NCBI GenBank assembly: GCA_001772615.1
Contig: MEUZ01000004.1
Coordinates: forward strand, 8,455 to 72,454
Direction: 5' to 3'
DNA: 64,000 nt
Source: a candidate division WWE3 bacterium RIFCSPHIGHO2_01_FULL_40_23
GTDB taxonomy: Bacteria > Patescibacteriota > WWE3 > UBA101185 > 2-01-FULL-41-18
In this document: positions 38,029-48,621 of the stretch, piece after piece
How positions within the stretch are numbered: position 1 is the first letter of the stretch
How the letters are laid out: each line of letters opens with the position of its first letter
Position numbers and translations under genes: made by a program
The notes under the pieces: generated by a model
Databases searched by the model: none
What the model was told of the DNA's origin: nothing
Seen by the model: only the letters and a program-made list of their open reading frames with translations

Positions 38029-40038
38029 ATGAGAATACCTTTTGGGTGGCTAAAACAATACGTAGACGTTTACTTGACGCCAAAGGATGTGGCAAATTCC
38101 TTGACTCTAATAGGCCATGCTCTTGATAAACCCATTTTTTCCCAAGAAGGAGACTTTGTCATGGACTTTGAGGATCGCGGAAATAGAGCCGATGTTTCTG
38201 GTGTCATAGGCATTGCTAGAGATTTAGCCGCTGTTACAGAAGAGAAACTTAAACTTCCGAAACTTTCAGAAATTCCCGAAACCAACAATAAACTGTTCCA
38301 GCCTGCAATAAAAGTAGAATCCGATAAAGTTTTAAGATGGAGAGCCGTCGTTTTTAAAGGCATCAAAGTGGAACCCTCTCCGGACTGGATGCAAAAAAGA
38401 CTTAAATCTTATGGAATTGAAGTCATAAATAACATAGTGGATATAACTAACTATGTAATGATAGAGTTTGGGATGCCTCTGCACGCGTTTGATCTTGATA
38501 AAGTTAATGAAATAATCTTAAGAAGCGCAAAAAGAGGGGAAACGATGGTTACCTTTGAAGGAACCAAACTTAGTCTTGATGAAAATGATCTAATAGCCGC
38601 TGACAAAACTAAACCACTCACTTTGACTACAGCTGTCGGAGGAGCAGAAAGCGGGATCTCTATCTCAACTAAAAATGTTCTGATTGAAGCAGGACTTTAT
38701 CATCAAGCAACTGCAAGGCGATCCGCAATCAAACATAACGTCAGAAATGAAACTTCAAATAGACTCGGAAAGTATTTACACCCTCATTATTGTGAAATAG
38801 CAATAGCCCGTGCCATACAACTTATGAAAGAAGTAACCGGAACTGATTGTGAAGAAGTAAGCTTTGATTATTACCCGAAAAAAGAAGACTCTTTAATTTT
38901 AAAACTTACAAAAGAGAGATTAAATTTGATTTCAGGAGAAGACATTCCGCTTAAGACTGCAGGGAAACATCTTGAAGATCTTGGTTTTCTGATTAACGGC
39001 ATGGATGATAAAAACCTTATTGTAAGCGTTCCGTACTTTAGAACGGATGTGGTAAGTGAAGACGATCTAATTGAAGAAGTTTTAAGAATAAAAGGTTATG
39101 ACACAATTCCTTCATATCTTCCTCAAAAACCTGCTCCGACAAAATTGCATTTTCCCGAAATGGAACTAGAAGATGAGATAAGAGATATTCTTTCAAAACT
39201 TGAATTTAATGAAATTGCGAGTGAACAAATAATTGATATAGAGGAGTTAAGAAAAATAGGTTTTCTTTTGGAAGAATCAACTTTAAGGGGAGAGCATTTA
39301 GTAAAACTTGAAAACTCCTGGAATAAAGAACTTAATATACTAAGGCCAACACTCCTTCTTAATTTCATAAAATATCTTAGCTCTTATCTTAAACAAGGGG
39401 TGGGGGATATAAAACTTTTTGAATGCGGAAAAGTATATAAAGTAAACCCCAACAAAAAAGGGTATGAAAAATATCTGGAAGTCAGAAAAGTAGGCATCAT
39501 GGTAAATTCGGATTTTCTTACACTAAAATCACGCTTAGAAACTTTCCTTTTAGAATTAGGAATTAAAAATATTTCCTATGAAAAAGAAGAAAACTTCCTT
39601 TCAAAATCTCAAAAATCGGCTGTATTAATCTATGACGAGCAAACTCTAGGCAGAGTAGGGGAGTTAAAACAAAAAGTGGTGGGTGAATTTGGAATTAACG
39701 AAGTTATTTCATATTGTGAACTTGACTTAAGAACGATTCTTGAGTTCACAACGGATAACTTTTCCGGCGAAGTGAAAACATCTTTAGAAAATCTTGTGTC
39801 CGAAGACTTTACTTTTACAGTTGATGAACACTTTGAAGTTGGAAAGTTAGTCAATGAATTGCAGCAAGTTCTAGATATAACGACGTCAATTATTTTTGTG
39901 GGAGTTTACAAAGATGAGAAACTAAAAAAAGATAAGAAAAAATCCGTAACCTTTAATTTTAAATTTCAAATTGACAAATCAAATTGGGAATCAAAAAAGG
40001 TGAAACGGCTCTGGGATTCATATTCTCACAGCGCATAA
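38029..40038 (+). CDS. pheT: phenylalanyl-tRNA synthetase beta subunit (short form)
   Basis: MRIPFGWLKQYVD B3/4-domain N-terminus, B5 domain, C-terminal FDX-ACB-like domain. Confidence 0.9.
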   Translation: MRIPFGWLKQYVDVYLTPKDVANSLTLIGHALDKPIFSQEGDFVMDFEDRGNRADVSGVIGIARDLAAVTEEKLKLPKLSEIPETNNKLFQPAIKVESDKVLRWRAVVFKGIKVEPSPDWMQKRLKSYGIEVINNIVDITNYVMIEFGMPLHAFDLDKVNEIILRSAKRGETMVTFEGTKLSLDENDLIAADKTKPLTLTTAVGGAESGISISTKNVLIEAGLYHQATARRSAIKHNVRNETSNRLGKYLHPHYCEIAIARAIQLMKEVTGTDCEEVSFDYYPKKEDSLILKLTKERLNLISGEDIPLKTAGKHLEDLGFLINGMDDKNLIVSVPYFRTDVVSEDDLIEEVLRIKGYDTIPSYLPQKPAPTKLHFPEMELEDEIRDILSKLEFNEIASEQIIDIEELRKIGFLLEESTLRGEHLVKLENSWNKELNILRPTLLLNFIKYLSSYLKQGVGDIKLFECGKVYKVNPNKKGYEKYLEVRKVGIMVNSDFLTLKSRLETFLLELGIKNISYEKEENFLSKSQKSAVLIYDEQTLGRVGELKQKVVGEFGINEVISYCELDLRTILEFTTDNFSGEVKTSLENLVSEDFTFTVDEHFEVGKLVNELQQVLDITTSIIFVGVYKDEKLKKDKKKSVTFNFKFQIDKSNWESKKVKRLWDSYSHSA

Positions 40039-40147
40039 CTTATAAAGACCTTAAATTAGTTAGCCTAAAGTTAGTTGAGATTTCGGTAAATTTCTGGTAC
40101 TCTAGCTTTACTTATCGGAGCCGGGACTAATACTGAAAGGAGATACA

Positions 40148-40942
40148 ATGGTCACAAAAGCAATTAGTTACACATTAACGTTGAGGTGGGCAACTCCGCT
40201 TCTTAAAAGTGTGTGTTGGGACGCTGTTGCGTCTCTTATATACATTTTGATTGAGCCGAGATTTCAAAATGTTCCATGGTGGATAAGGGCTGCCCTTTGG
40301 GTTCCAACAGGATTCTGGTTTGTTGAAGCCCTTAGGAAAGGCCTTGCAGTGAGTGTGGGGTACGCACTTTTCGGTGTTGGAGTAACCTTCACAAACGGAA
40401 TTGCAGGATTATTCCTCGGGCAGTATCCAAACGACCTATGGAAACTCACTATCGCAGTTCTGTGCGGATTATCGGCTATTGCTATCGGTGCAAAGGCGCG
40501 AACGGAGGAGGATCAAGTCCCAAATGGCTGGGAGTGGGCCGTTTCATATGCACCTGTGGCTGTCATCATTGGTGCTATAGAAGGGGGATATGGGTTCACA
40601 AAGCTTGCCCTTCTCGGTTTTCCGCTCGCAGATAGCGGAGGGAGTTCACTATCCCTATTACTTGAGGGGATTGGACTACACCTTACTAAACAAAGGTACA
40701 AAAAGGTTGTGGAGATCATAGCGTGGAGCTTAGCTTTCGCTCCTGCTTCATACCTTTTCTCCGTTATTCTTCAGGAGCAACAAATCCTTCTAAACACAGC
40801 AGTCATTGGAGGGATTCTTAGCGCAATTTTTGCTCCGTTCTTCGAAAGAATGGTTTACAAAAGCAGACCCAATCTTGTGTACTCTCTTCTCACAGTCACT
40901 CTTGGGGTAGTATCCATCTACCTTTTGACATCTTCCTACTGA
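40148..40942 (+). CDS. hypothetical polytopic membrane protein (elevated GC)
   Basis: 264-aa ORF, about 7 hydrophobic helices, Gly-rich. Confidence 0.45.
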   Translation: MVTKAISYTLTLRWATPLLKSVCWDAVASLIYILIEPRFQNVPWWIRAALWVPTGFWFVEALRKGLAVSVGYALFGVGVTFTNGIAGLFLGQYPNDLWKLTIAVLCGLSAIAIGAKARTEEDQVPNGWEWAVSYAPVAVIIGAIEGGYGFTKLALLGFPLADSGGSSLSLLLEGIGLHLTKQRYKKVVEIIAWSLAFAPASYLFSVILQEQQILLNTAVIGGILSAIFAPFFERMVYKSRPNLVYSLLTVTLGVVSIYLLTSSY

Positions 40943-40948
40943 TCGACA

Positions 40949-40982
40949 GGCGCCTTGCAAAACACAAGGCGCTTCTTTCTTG
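40949..40982 (+). terminator. intrinsic terminator (ggcgccttg/caaggcgct stem, T-rich tail)
   Basis: Read directly downstream of the 40148..40942 gene stop. Confidence 0.6.
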
Positions 40983-41016
40983 ACACAAACGAATAACAAG
41001 TCTTTATAATAGTGGA

Positions 41017-41112
41017 ATGAGGCCATACGCGGGATACTTTTACGCGGCCGTCGGGCTGATAGCATTTATAGTTTTTCTCCTGTACGCCAAGGGAATAATT
41101 AAAGTTTATTAG
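41017..41112 (+). CDS. candidate small hydrophobic peptide (31 aa, MRPYAGYFYAAVGLIAFIVFLLYAKGIIKVY)
   Basis: Not in the ORF track (too short); preceded by ttgaca..tataat-like promoter at about 40986..41012; single TM helix; converges on the PBP1A gene stop. Confidence 0.25.
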   Translation: MRPYAGYFYAAVGLIAFIVFLLYAKGIIKVY

Positions 41113-41127
41113 AGGGATTTTCTAAAA

Positions 41128-43476
41128 TCAGTCTTCATCAGGATATTTCGATTTTTTGGTAGGTGGGAAGTACTCATCCTCATCATCATATTTTTCCTTA
41201 ACCCATATATCAACATATTCTTGCCATTCGGGAAGTTCCGCCTGGATTTTTATATAATTTTTAGTCTTTGTCTTGTCATCTTCACGACAGGCATCATTTG
41301 CAATCCTGCCATCTTCCTTGCAAATTTCAAGCTTTAAATACCAAGGGCTTCTTGTTGTCGGCTGACTGCCTTCAACAAACTTTTCAACCCTTGTTTTATA
41401 ATCACTATAAGGAAGCATTCCTGTAAGCTTGTCTATCTCTACTTCAACTATGTTACTTGGTTTTTTAAACCATTCATCAGGTTTATCTTTTAAATATTCC
41501 TTCATAAATCTGTTCCAGATCGGAGAAGCTCCTGTAATACCCGAAGCAAGACTTGGATGCATAGGTGAGTTATTGTTATTCCCAACCCACACTCCAACCG
41601 CTATTACAGGAGTGTACCCGTAAGTGTGGTTGTCCCTTTTATCATCAGTGGTTCCTGTTTTTACGGCAACATGATGCGCCGGAATATTTAATAAGCTTCC
41701 TGGGCCAAAAACCTCGGATCTCGCTCCATCATCAGCTAAAATATCAGAAATTAAATATGAAACCTCTTCATCTAAAACTTTTTTCCCACCCGTATCTCTC
41801 CATTTTTCAAAAACATTTCCTTGAGAATCCTTGACTTCTAAAATGGCAACGGGATCTCTATAAATTCCTCCTCTTGCAAAAGTAGCAAACACATTTGTCA
41901 GTTCTAACACTTTTGTCTCCCCACCTCCAAGAGTTAGTGACAAACCATAACGGCTGTAATCTCTTAATGTAGTTATTCCAAGATTATGAGCAAACTCAAG
42001 CATTGCTGGGAGGGTCACTATTTTTAATGCCTTAACCGCGGGGATATTTATTGAATTTCCTAAAGCATTCCTTAAAGATGTGGGACCCCTGAATTTTCCG
42101 TCATAGTTAACGGGTTTGTAATCAGGATACCCTTCCCCTAGTGGAAACGTTGTTGGTACATCAAGAAACGGAAACGCAACAGTATAACCTTTAGAAAGCA
42201 AAGCGGCATAGGTGATTGGTTTAATTGAAGAACCCGGCTGTCTTTCTGATAAAGCAGTATTTACGCTTGGTTCAAAAACACAGCTTCCCTCCCCCGTTGT
42301 GCCGGGGTTACAACCTTCAGGTTCGGGATCCGAAAAGAAATCTTTTGACCCAACCATAGCAAGGATGTAACCGGTTTTTGGATCTATGGCTACAAGAGAC
42401 CCATTTCCGACCCGCAAACCTTTGGCCTTTTCAAGTTCTTCCGCGACAATCCTTTCAGCAGTTTCCTGGAGCTCCAAATCAAGGGAGGTGGTAACCTGCA
42501 AACCGCCGGTTTCTACAAAATCCTGACCGTATTTTTCAGCAAGCAACGATCTCACATAAAAGACGAAGTGAGGCGCATGGATAGATCTTGTAATACTTGA
42601 GAAAGTAAGCTCTTCTGCCAAAGCCTTGTTATATTCTTCTTCCGTTATTGTGTATCTTTTGCGATCACTACCAACCCAGCCTTTCTCTCTCATAAGCTTT
42701 AAAACGGTTCTCTGCCTGTTTACCCCCGCTTTGGGATCGGAACTGTAAGGGGAGTAATAAGTAGGTCTTTGAGGAAGACCAGCAAGATATGCCGCTTCTG
42801 CTAAAGTCAGCTCCGATGGCTTCTTGCTAAAATATGAGGCTGAAGCGGTGTAGACACCGTAATTTTGACCGCCATAGGGACTTTCATTTAAATAAAGCTG
42901 GAGTATTTCTTCTTTAGTATATTTATTCTCTATTTCCAAAGATAAAATAAACTCCTTAACTTTTCTCCATAAAGTTCTCTCCTGTGATAAAAGCGTGTTT
43001 TTAACAACCTGCTGTGTAATTGTAGATCCCCCCTGCAGACCTTGCCCCCTCAACCTGTTAAAAACGGCTCTTACAATACCAACAAGGTAAAAACCCTTGT
43101 GTTCATAAAAGGTGGAATCCTCCGTGGCCAGTGTTGCATTAATTAGGTTGGGAGAAACTTCGGAAAACTTAGCTAAAGTTCTGTTTTTTTCGCCGTAAAC
43201 CTCAAAGAGAGTTTTGCCGTTTTTATCCGTAATCCTTGTTGATAGTTCTGTGTTTCTTTGCCTTAAACGGTTAGGGTTTGGAAGAAAAGGAGATATAACC
43301 GCAAATAGGATGAACATCCCTACAATCCCTATTATTAACAAAAAAAAGGATGATGTTGCAATGAAAGTTGAATAAACAAGGATTTTCCTTTTTCTCGCCC
43401 TATTCAAATAGAGCCTTTTAATAAGACGTTCCCTAAATGATCTTTTTTCCATAATACTGTAAGGAAAATTATACAT
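41128..43476 (-). CDS. class A penicillin-binding protein (PBP1A-type transglycosylase/transpeptidase)
   Basis: GT51 motifs ATEDSTFYEHKG and GGSTITQQVVKN; transpeptidase PGSSIKP (SxxK), SLN and KTGTTDD (KTG) motifs. Confidence 0.9.
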   Translation of the reverse strand: MYNFPYSIMEKRSFRERLIKRLYLNRARKRKILVYSTFIATSSFFLLIIGIVGMFILFAVISPFLPNPNRLRQRNTELSTRITDKNGKTLFEVYGEKNRTLAKFSEVSPNLINATLATEDSTFYEHKGFYLVGIVRAVFNRLRGQGLQGGSTITQQVVKNTLLSQERTLWRKVKEFILSLEIENKYTKEEILQLYLNESPYGGQNYGVYTASASYFSKKPSELTLAEAAYLAGLPQRPTYYSPYSSDPKAGVNRQRTVLKLMREKGWVGSDRKRYTITEEEYNKALAEELTFSSITRSIHAPHFVFYVRSLLAEKYGQDFVETGGLQVTTSLDLELQETAERIVAEELEKAKGLRVGNGSLVAIDPKTGYILAMVGSKDFFSDPEPEGCNPGTTGEGSCVFEPSVNTALSERQPGSSIKPITYAALLSKGYTVAFPFLDVPTTFPLGEGYPDYKPVNYDGKFRGPTSLRNALGNSINIPAVKALKIVTLPAMLEFAHNLGITTLRDYSRYGLSLTLGGGETKVLELTNVFATFARGGIYRDPVAILEVKDSQGNVFEKWRDTGGKKVLDEEVSYLISDILADDGARSEVFGPGSLLNIPAHHVAVKTGTTDDKRDNHTYGYTPVIAVGVWVGNNNNSPMHPSLASGITGASPIWNRFMKEYLKDKPDEWFKKPSNIVEVEIDKLTGMLPYSDYKTRVEKFVEGSQPTTRSPWYLKLEICKEDGRIANDACREDDKTKTKNYIKIQAELPEWQEYVDIWVKEKYDDEDEYFPPTKKSKYPDED

Positions 43477-43577
43477 CAGACATTGGTCTTTTCCAAAGCA
43501 TCGGATCCTCTTCTTGCCACCATTGTCATTTCCGCCCTATAACAGAATACCTGAAACAAAGGTGTTATAATTTTTTT

Positions 43578-44801
43578 GTGAAAATAAACACAGACCCAAA
43601 AAAAGTGGATGAAGTACTTTCAAGAGGTGTTGAGGATGTTATCGTTAAGGAACACCTAAGAAAAGAAATGCTTTCGGGAAAAGAGCTTAAGATTTACCTT
43701 GGAACCGATCCCACGGGGGGAGAGCTCCACCTGGGGCATGCGGTTATTCACAAAAAGCTAAGAGACTTCCAGGAGCTTGGGCACAAGGTGACGCTTCTTG
43801 TCGGCGATTTTACCGTGCTTGTAGGCGATCACTCGGATAAGGACGATCAACGAATAGAACTTGTAAAATCCCAGATAGAAGAAAATATGAAAGAATATAA
43901 AGAGCAGTTTGGAAAAACCGTTGACCTTTCTAAAGTTAACCTTGTATATAACTCCTCATGGTTAAAAAAACTTGACTTTAATGATGTAATTGATCTTGCT
44001 AAAATTTTTACTCTTTCCCAGATGGTTGAAAGAGATGCTATCCAAAAAAGACTAAAAGAAGAAAAGCCAGTAGGTTTTGATGAGCTTTTATACCCTCTTA
44101 TGCAGGGTTTTGACGCGCTTGAGCTAAAAACCGATATTCAGATAGGCGGCTCCGACCAGCTCTTTAACATGCAGGCGGGAAGAAAGATAATGGAGCATTA
44201 CGGAGTAAAACCCCAGGATATCATTACGGTAAAGCTCCTCATAGGAAATGACGGCAGGAAAATGGGTAAGAGCCTAAAAAATTATATTCCAATAAGAAGC
44301 AGCGCATTTGATATGTACTCTGGCTTAATGACCATCGTTGACGAAGCCATAATTGAGTATTTCACTCTTCTTACACGAGTGCTTCAGGAAGAAATTTCGG
44401 AGATGGTTAAAGCCATGGGGGAGGGGAGTGTTAATCCAAAAGACTTAAAGTCAAAACTTGCTTTTGAAGTAACCAAATCCTTTAACGGTGAGAAGGAAGC
44501 TAGGGAAGCTGAAGAGAAATTTAAAAAAGTCGTATCAAAAGGAGAAGTTCCCGAAGATATCACTGAAATAGAATTGGGAGATGTAGGAAAACCTGATTCC
44601 AAAGGAAAAATTCACTTAACGACCCTTGAAATTCTTGTCGCTTCTAAACTAAATCAAAGCAGATCAGAAGCAAGAAGAATGATTCAACAGGGAGGTTTTG
44701 AGATTAACGGCGAAAAAATCACAGATCCAAATCAAATTGTTGAGTTAAAAAAGGATGATGTTATAAGAAGCGGGAAAAGAGGCTTTGTAAAGATAATTTA
44801 G
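43578..44801 (+). CDS. tyrS: tyrosyl-tRNA synthetase
   Basis: GTDPTGGELHLGHAV HIGH region, KMGKS, C-terminal S4 domain. Confidence 0.85.
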   Translation: MKINTDPKKVDEVLSRGVEDVIVKEHLRKEMLSGKELKIYLGTDPTGGELHLGHAVIHKKLRDFQELGHKVTLLVGDFTVLVGDHSDKDDQRIELVKSQIEENMKEYKEQFGKTVDLSKVNLVYNSSWLKKLDFNDVIDLAKIFTLSQMVERDAIQKRLKEEKPVGFDELLYPLMQGFDALELKTDIQIGGSDQLFNMQAGRKIMEHYGVKPQDIITVKLLIGNDGRKMGKSLKNYIPIRSSAFDMYSGLMTIVDEAIIEYFTLLTRVLQEEISEMVKAMGEGSVNPKDLKSKLAFEVTKSFNGEKEAREAEEKFKKVVSKGEVPEDITEIELGDVGKPDSKGKIHLTTLEILVASKLNQSRSEARRMIQQGGFEINGEKITDPNQIVELKKDDVIRSGKRGFVKII

Positions 44802-44893
44802 GTTCATTTGATTTTCTCCTAAAACTATATACACTATAGGTTCAATCGAGTTCTGGCAAAAGAAACGCACATTGAAACCTAAATGGAGGAAAA

Positions 44894-46303
44894 ATGAAAG
44901 CTTCTTACTTGCCAAGGTGGCTTCTGATACTTGTTATCTTAAGCCTAACCGTCACCCTTCCTCGGAAAGCTTCCAAACTGGAAGCCGGAGGAGGTGGGTA
45001 CACAGTATGCACCACAAGATACTCAAAAGGAGGGGTAGAATCAAACATAACCGTATACGAAAGTCCACCATCGGATGGCCTTTATGTAAGGCTTAATACA
45101 ACCGCCCAGCTAGGGTCGGTCGTAACAGAGGGTGTGAGGGTAAACGGAGAAACCATCACCGGTACCCTCCCTGTTTCCGCTACTGTGTATGCCTGGTTTA
45201 GTGTAACTACTCCGGTCGTTACAACCTACACTGTCACGGGAGAGGTTCACACGGCGGTAGTTTCCAGCTGGACGTATACTGGGACGAAGCAGTACACCGC
45301 GTGGACGCTCTATTATCCGTTAGGCACACTTGACCAGGATGTCGTTGTATACCTTAACGGTGATGAGATCCCTTGCACTCCAACTGCTAAAGTAACTGAG
45401 TGCTGGCCCGCATCGAACTTTGTAATAAGCGCTATCTTGTATCACGGGACTCAATTTAGCGCATACGTGGCTACCACGGTTGGTCCCCAAAACCAGCTTG
45501 TGGAGATTACCGTCCTGAAGGGATACCTTGAGGACAAGCCATATGACGTGAGGGTAACAGGAAGCTATCCTCCGGGCGGGAGCGCGTTTGAGAGACCAAA
45601 GAGCGAAACGCTTTGGGACGTCGGAGTAAGTTGGGTTGGGAAATACACATCATGGTACTACGTAGAATACTCCGGTACATTTTCCAGTACCATAGCCAAA
45701 CCAACACTATACGCGGCCTACAAAGTGGGTGAGAACCAACCTTTTGTTTACACTCCGTGTGTACTGGACGGGCACAATGATGAGCGTCCACCCGCGGAAG
45801 TGACGCCAACTCCAATGGCTACCCAAACAAGCACACCAACGGTTGCTTGGACTCCTACCCCCGCGGCAACACCAACCCCTACCCATACTCCAATTCCCGT
45901 TATAAGAATATGTCCGGTTGACGGGATTGAGCTACTGCCGGAAGTATCATGGACAAAGTCCGAGCCAAACGCGGGAGTTTTTGTGGAAGGGGAACCATTT
46001 ACACTTAACCGTGATACCACAATCAAGGTTTGGGCGGCAGTTGATGACCAGGCCGTAATTCAAAGGTCAGCCCTAGGCGGTTTTGCCGATTACTGGACCG
46101 ATCCCTTTAGTCCGATGCCCGGGCAAAACCTTAACTGGCCGTCAGGATGGGAGCATGAGTTAAAGGTCACACTGCCAAACGGCACCTATCGCTTTGTTGG
46201 GAGAGATACACATGAAGGCGAGGGAAACCGGTTCGGAAGTTTGCAGATCATAGGGGCTTGTGGCCTTCCCTATGATTTGTTCTTCCCTCTTGTACTCAAA
46301 TAA
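44894..46303 (+). CDS. hypothetical secreted protein with Pro/Thr-rich linker (elevated GC)
   Basis: Signal anchor, beta-rich domains separated by TPTPMATQTSTPTVAWTPTPAATPTPTHTP linker. Confidence 0.5.
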   Translation: MKASYLPRWLLILVILSLTVTLPRKASKLEAGGGGYTVCTTRYSKGGVESNITVYESPPSDGLYVRLNTTAQLGSVVTEGVRVNGETITGTLPVSATVYAWFSVTTPVVTTYTVTGEVHTAVVSSWTYTGTKQYTAWTLYYPLGTLDQDVVVYLNGDEIPCTPTAKVTECWPASNFVISAILYHGTQFSAYVATTVGPQNQLVEITVLKGYLEDKPYDVRVTGSYPPGGSAFERPKSETLWDVGVSWVGKYTSWYYVEYSGTFSSTIAKPTLYAAYKVGENQPFVYTPCVLDGHNDERPPAEVTPTPMATQTSTPTVAWTPTPAATPTPTHTPIPVIRICPVDGIELLPEVSWTKSEPNAGVFVEGEPFTLNRDTTIKVWAAVDDQAVIQRSALGGFADYWTDPFSPMPGQNLNWPSGWEHELKVTLPNGTYRFVGRDTHEGEGNRFGSLQIIGACGLPYDLFFPLVLK

Positions 46304-46310
46304 CCACACG

Positions 46311-46346
46311 AGCGGTCTCTAAAACTTTCGGAGACCGCTTTTTTAT
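46311..46346 (+). terminator. intrinsic terminator (agcggtctc/gagaccgct stem, TTTTTTATTT)
   Basis: Read directly after the 44894..46303 gene. Confidence 0.7.
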
Positions 46347-46548
46347 TTATTAAACAAAAAGTTGTCTTTTTTTCTACCTAGGAATAATATATCTTCTTGA
46401 ATGAAAATACTTAAAATATTAAGGAAAAGAAGGTACATCTGGACGATAGTAACAATTGTTGCATCCCTCGCTCTTTTATTATCGTCAGTTGCCCCCGCGC
46501 TATTTCAGTAAATGGGAAGTTTTCACCATCTTGTTATAAAATTACCCC

Positions 46549-48570
46549 GTGACCCTAAACATTAATAGCCCAGTCTCAATAGTTCCCCTCATAGGACCAC
46601 GCTATGAAAGAATTCTTGCCAAACTTGATATTTTTACTGTCAAGGACCTTTTGTACCACTTCCCTTCAAGATACGAGGATTACTCAAAAATAGTAAAGAC
46701 AAAAAGTGCCCGTGTTGGAGAAGTTGTTACGGTAATCGGTGAGATAAAAGAAGCAAGAAATATACTAACCAAAAACAGAAAGAGAATAACCAAAGTTCTA
46801 CTTTCAGATGAGACGGGGGAAATACAAGCAATTTGGTTTAACCAGTACTTTCTTTCAGGAGTTTTTAAAAATATCCCAAAACTTTCCCTATCTGGAGAGG
46901 TTTCTTTTTTTGATCGTGACAAAGCTCTTATTTCACCGGAATATGAAATTGTAAGAGCGCAAAAGTTAATTCATACAGGAAGACTTGTTCCAATATATCC
47001 TGAAACAAGAGGGGTTAGTTCAAAATGGTTAAGAGGAAGAATTAATTATGTTTTAAATTCAGTTTCTCTAAACGACCAGTTTCCACAAAACTTATTAAAA
47101 TCTCAAAATCTTATACCTTTAGAAAACGCACTTAATCAGATCCACTTTCCGAAATCTCTTGAAGAAGTAAAACTTGCCAAAGAAAGGTTTGCATTTGAAG
47201 AAGTATTTGAACTTATCTTAAAAGCAGAAGTAAAAAAATTAAACCGGGAATCATTAAGATCCAAAAAAGCATTTAAACTTTTTGAAGAGGAGGTAGGCAA
47301 ACTTATTGAATCATTACCATTTAAACTCACTTTTTCGCAAGAAAACGCAGTTTCTGAAATTATTTCGGATTTAACTAAAGAAAAACCTATGAACAGGCTT
47401 TTACAAGGGGATGTTGGTTCAGGAAAGACTGTTGTAGCTCTTATTGCTTCTTTCTTATCCTATCTAAATGGGAGCAAGGTAATTTATATGGCCCCTACGG
47501 AAATCCTTGCTAAACAGCATTTTGAAACATTTAAAGAGTATTTAGACCCTTTTAAAATAAAAGTTTCACTTACAACATCAAGCAAAAAAGGGGATCTTTC
47601 CGCAGATATTAACATCGGAACCCATGCCTTACTCTTTAACAAAAAAGAAGCAGTAAACGCTGGTCTTATAATCATTGACGAACAGCATAGATTCGGTGTT
47701 CTCCAGAGAGGTCAGCTCACTAAATCAGAAGACGGTAGCGCACCTCATGTACTCACAATGACCGCAACCCCAATACCAAGAACTCTTGCTTTAACAATTT
47801 ACGGAGATCTGGATATAAGCACACTTTCAGAACTTCCAGAAGGCAGGATAAAAGTAACAACCTGGGTTGTCCCAAAGGAAAAGAGGGAGGGGGCTTATAC
47901 GTGGCTTAAAACCAAAATTTTAAACGCTTCATCTACCCAAAAAGCCTTTATTGTATGTCCGCTAATTGAGGAATCGGACAAAGAAAGCATGGAAAACGTT
48001 AAAGCCGCCGCAAGTGAGTTTAAAAATTTAAGCAATGGAATTCTAGAAGGCGTTAAAACCGGTCTCATTCATGGAAAAATGAAAGCCAAAGAAAAAGAAG
48101 GGGTAATAGAAAATTTCAGTAAAGGAGATTTAAAGGTTCTTATTGCAACACCGGTGATAGAGGTCGGCCTTGATATAACAGACGCAACCATCATTATTAT
48201 AGAAGCGGCTGAAAGGTTTGGACTTGCTTCTTTACACCAAATAAGAGGCAGAGTGGGAAGAAGCGATAAAAAGTCTTATTGCCTTTTATTTACAGAGTCT
48301 CAAAATGATTCAGTCCTTAAAAGACTTAAAGCGCTTGAAACAACTCATAACGGACTAAAACTTTCGGAAATAGACTTAAAAGCAAGGGGTCAGGGTGATG
48401 TCTTTGGGGTAAGACAACACGGAATTGTAAACTTTAAGGTTTTTAACCCATCCGACTTTAACCTGATAAAAAGAACCAAATCTGCGGTCCTAAATATACT
48501 TAACAACCCTAAGGAAAACTCAAATCTCATAGATCAGATCTTAAAGCAGGGCAGAATTTCACAAACGTAA
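46549..48570 (+). CDS. recG: ATP-dependent DNA helicase RecG
   Basis: Wedge domain N-terminus, helicase motif I GDVGSGKTVVA, DEQHRFG motif II, TATPIPRT motif. Confidence 0.9.
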   Translation: MTLNINSPVSIVPLIGPRYERILAKLDIFTVKDLLYHFPSRYEDYSKIVKTKSARVGEVVTVIGEIKEARNILTKNRKRITKVLLSDETGEIQAIWFNQYFLSGVFKNIPKLSLSGEVSFFDRDKALISPEYEIVRAQKLIHTGRLVPIYPETRGVSSKWLRGRINYVLNSVSLNDQFPQNLLKSQNLIPLENALNQIHFPKSLEEVKLAKERFAFEEVFELILKAEVKKLNRESLRSKKAFKLFEEEVGKLIESLPFKLTFSQENAVSEIISDLTKEKPMNRLLQGDVGSGKTVVALIASFLSYLNGSKVIYMAPTEILAKQHFETFKEYLDPFKIKVSLTTSSKKGDLSADINIGTHALLFNKKEAVNAGLIIIDEQHRFGVLQRGQLTKSEDGSAPHVLTMTATPIPRTLALTIYGDLDISTLSELPEGRIKVTTWVVPKEKREGAYTWLKTKILNASSTQKAFIVCPLIEESDKESMENVKAAASEFKNLSNGILEGVKTGLIHGKMKAKEKEGVIENFSKGDLKVLIATPVIEVGLDITDATIIIIEAAERFGLASLHQIRGRVGRSDKKSYCLLFTESQNDSVLKRLKALETTHNGLKLSEIDLKARGQGDVFGVRQHGIVNFKVFNPSDFNLIKRTKSAVLNILNNPKENSNLIDQILKQGRISQT

Positions 48571-48621
48571 AGTCAGTTCACGTCGGCTTTACAAGGGACT
48601 TTTAAGATACCATAATGAACC

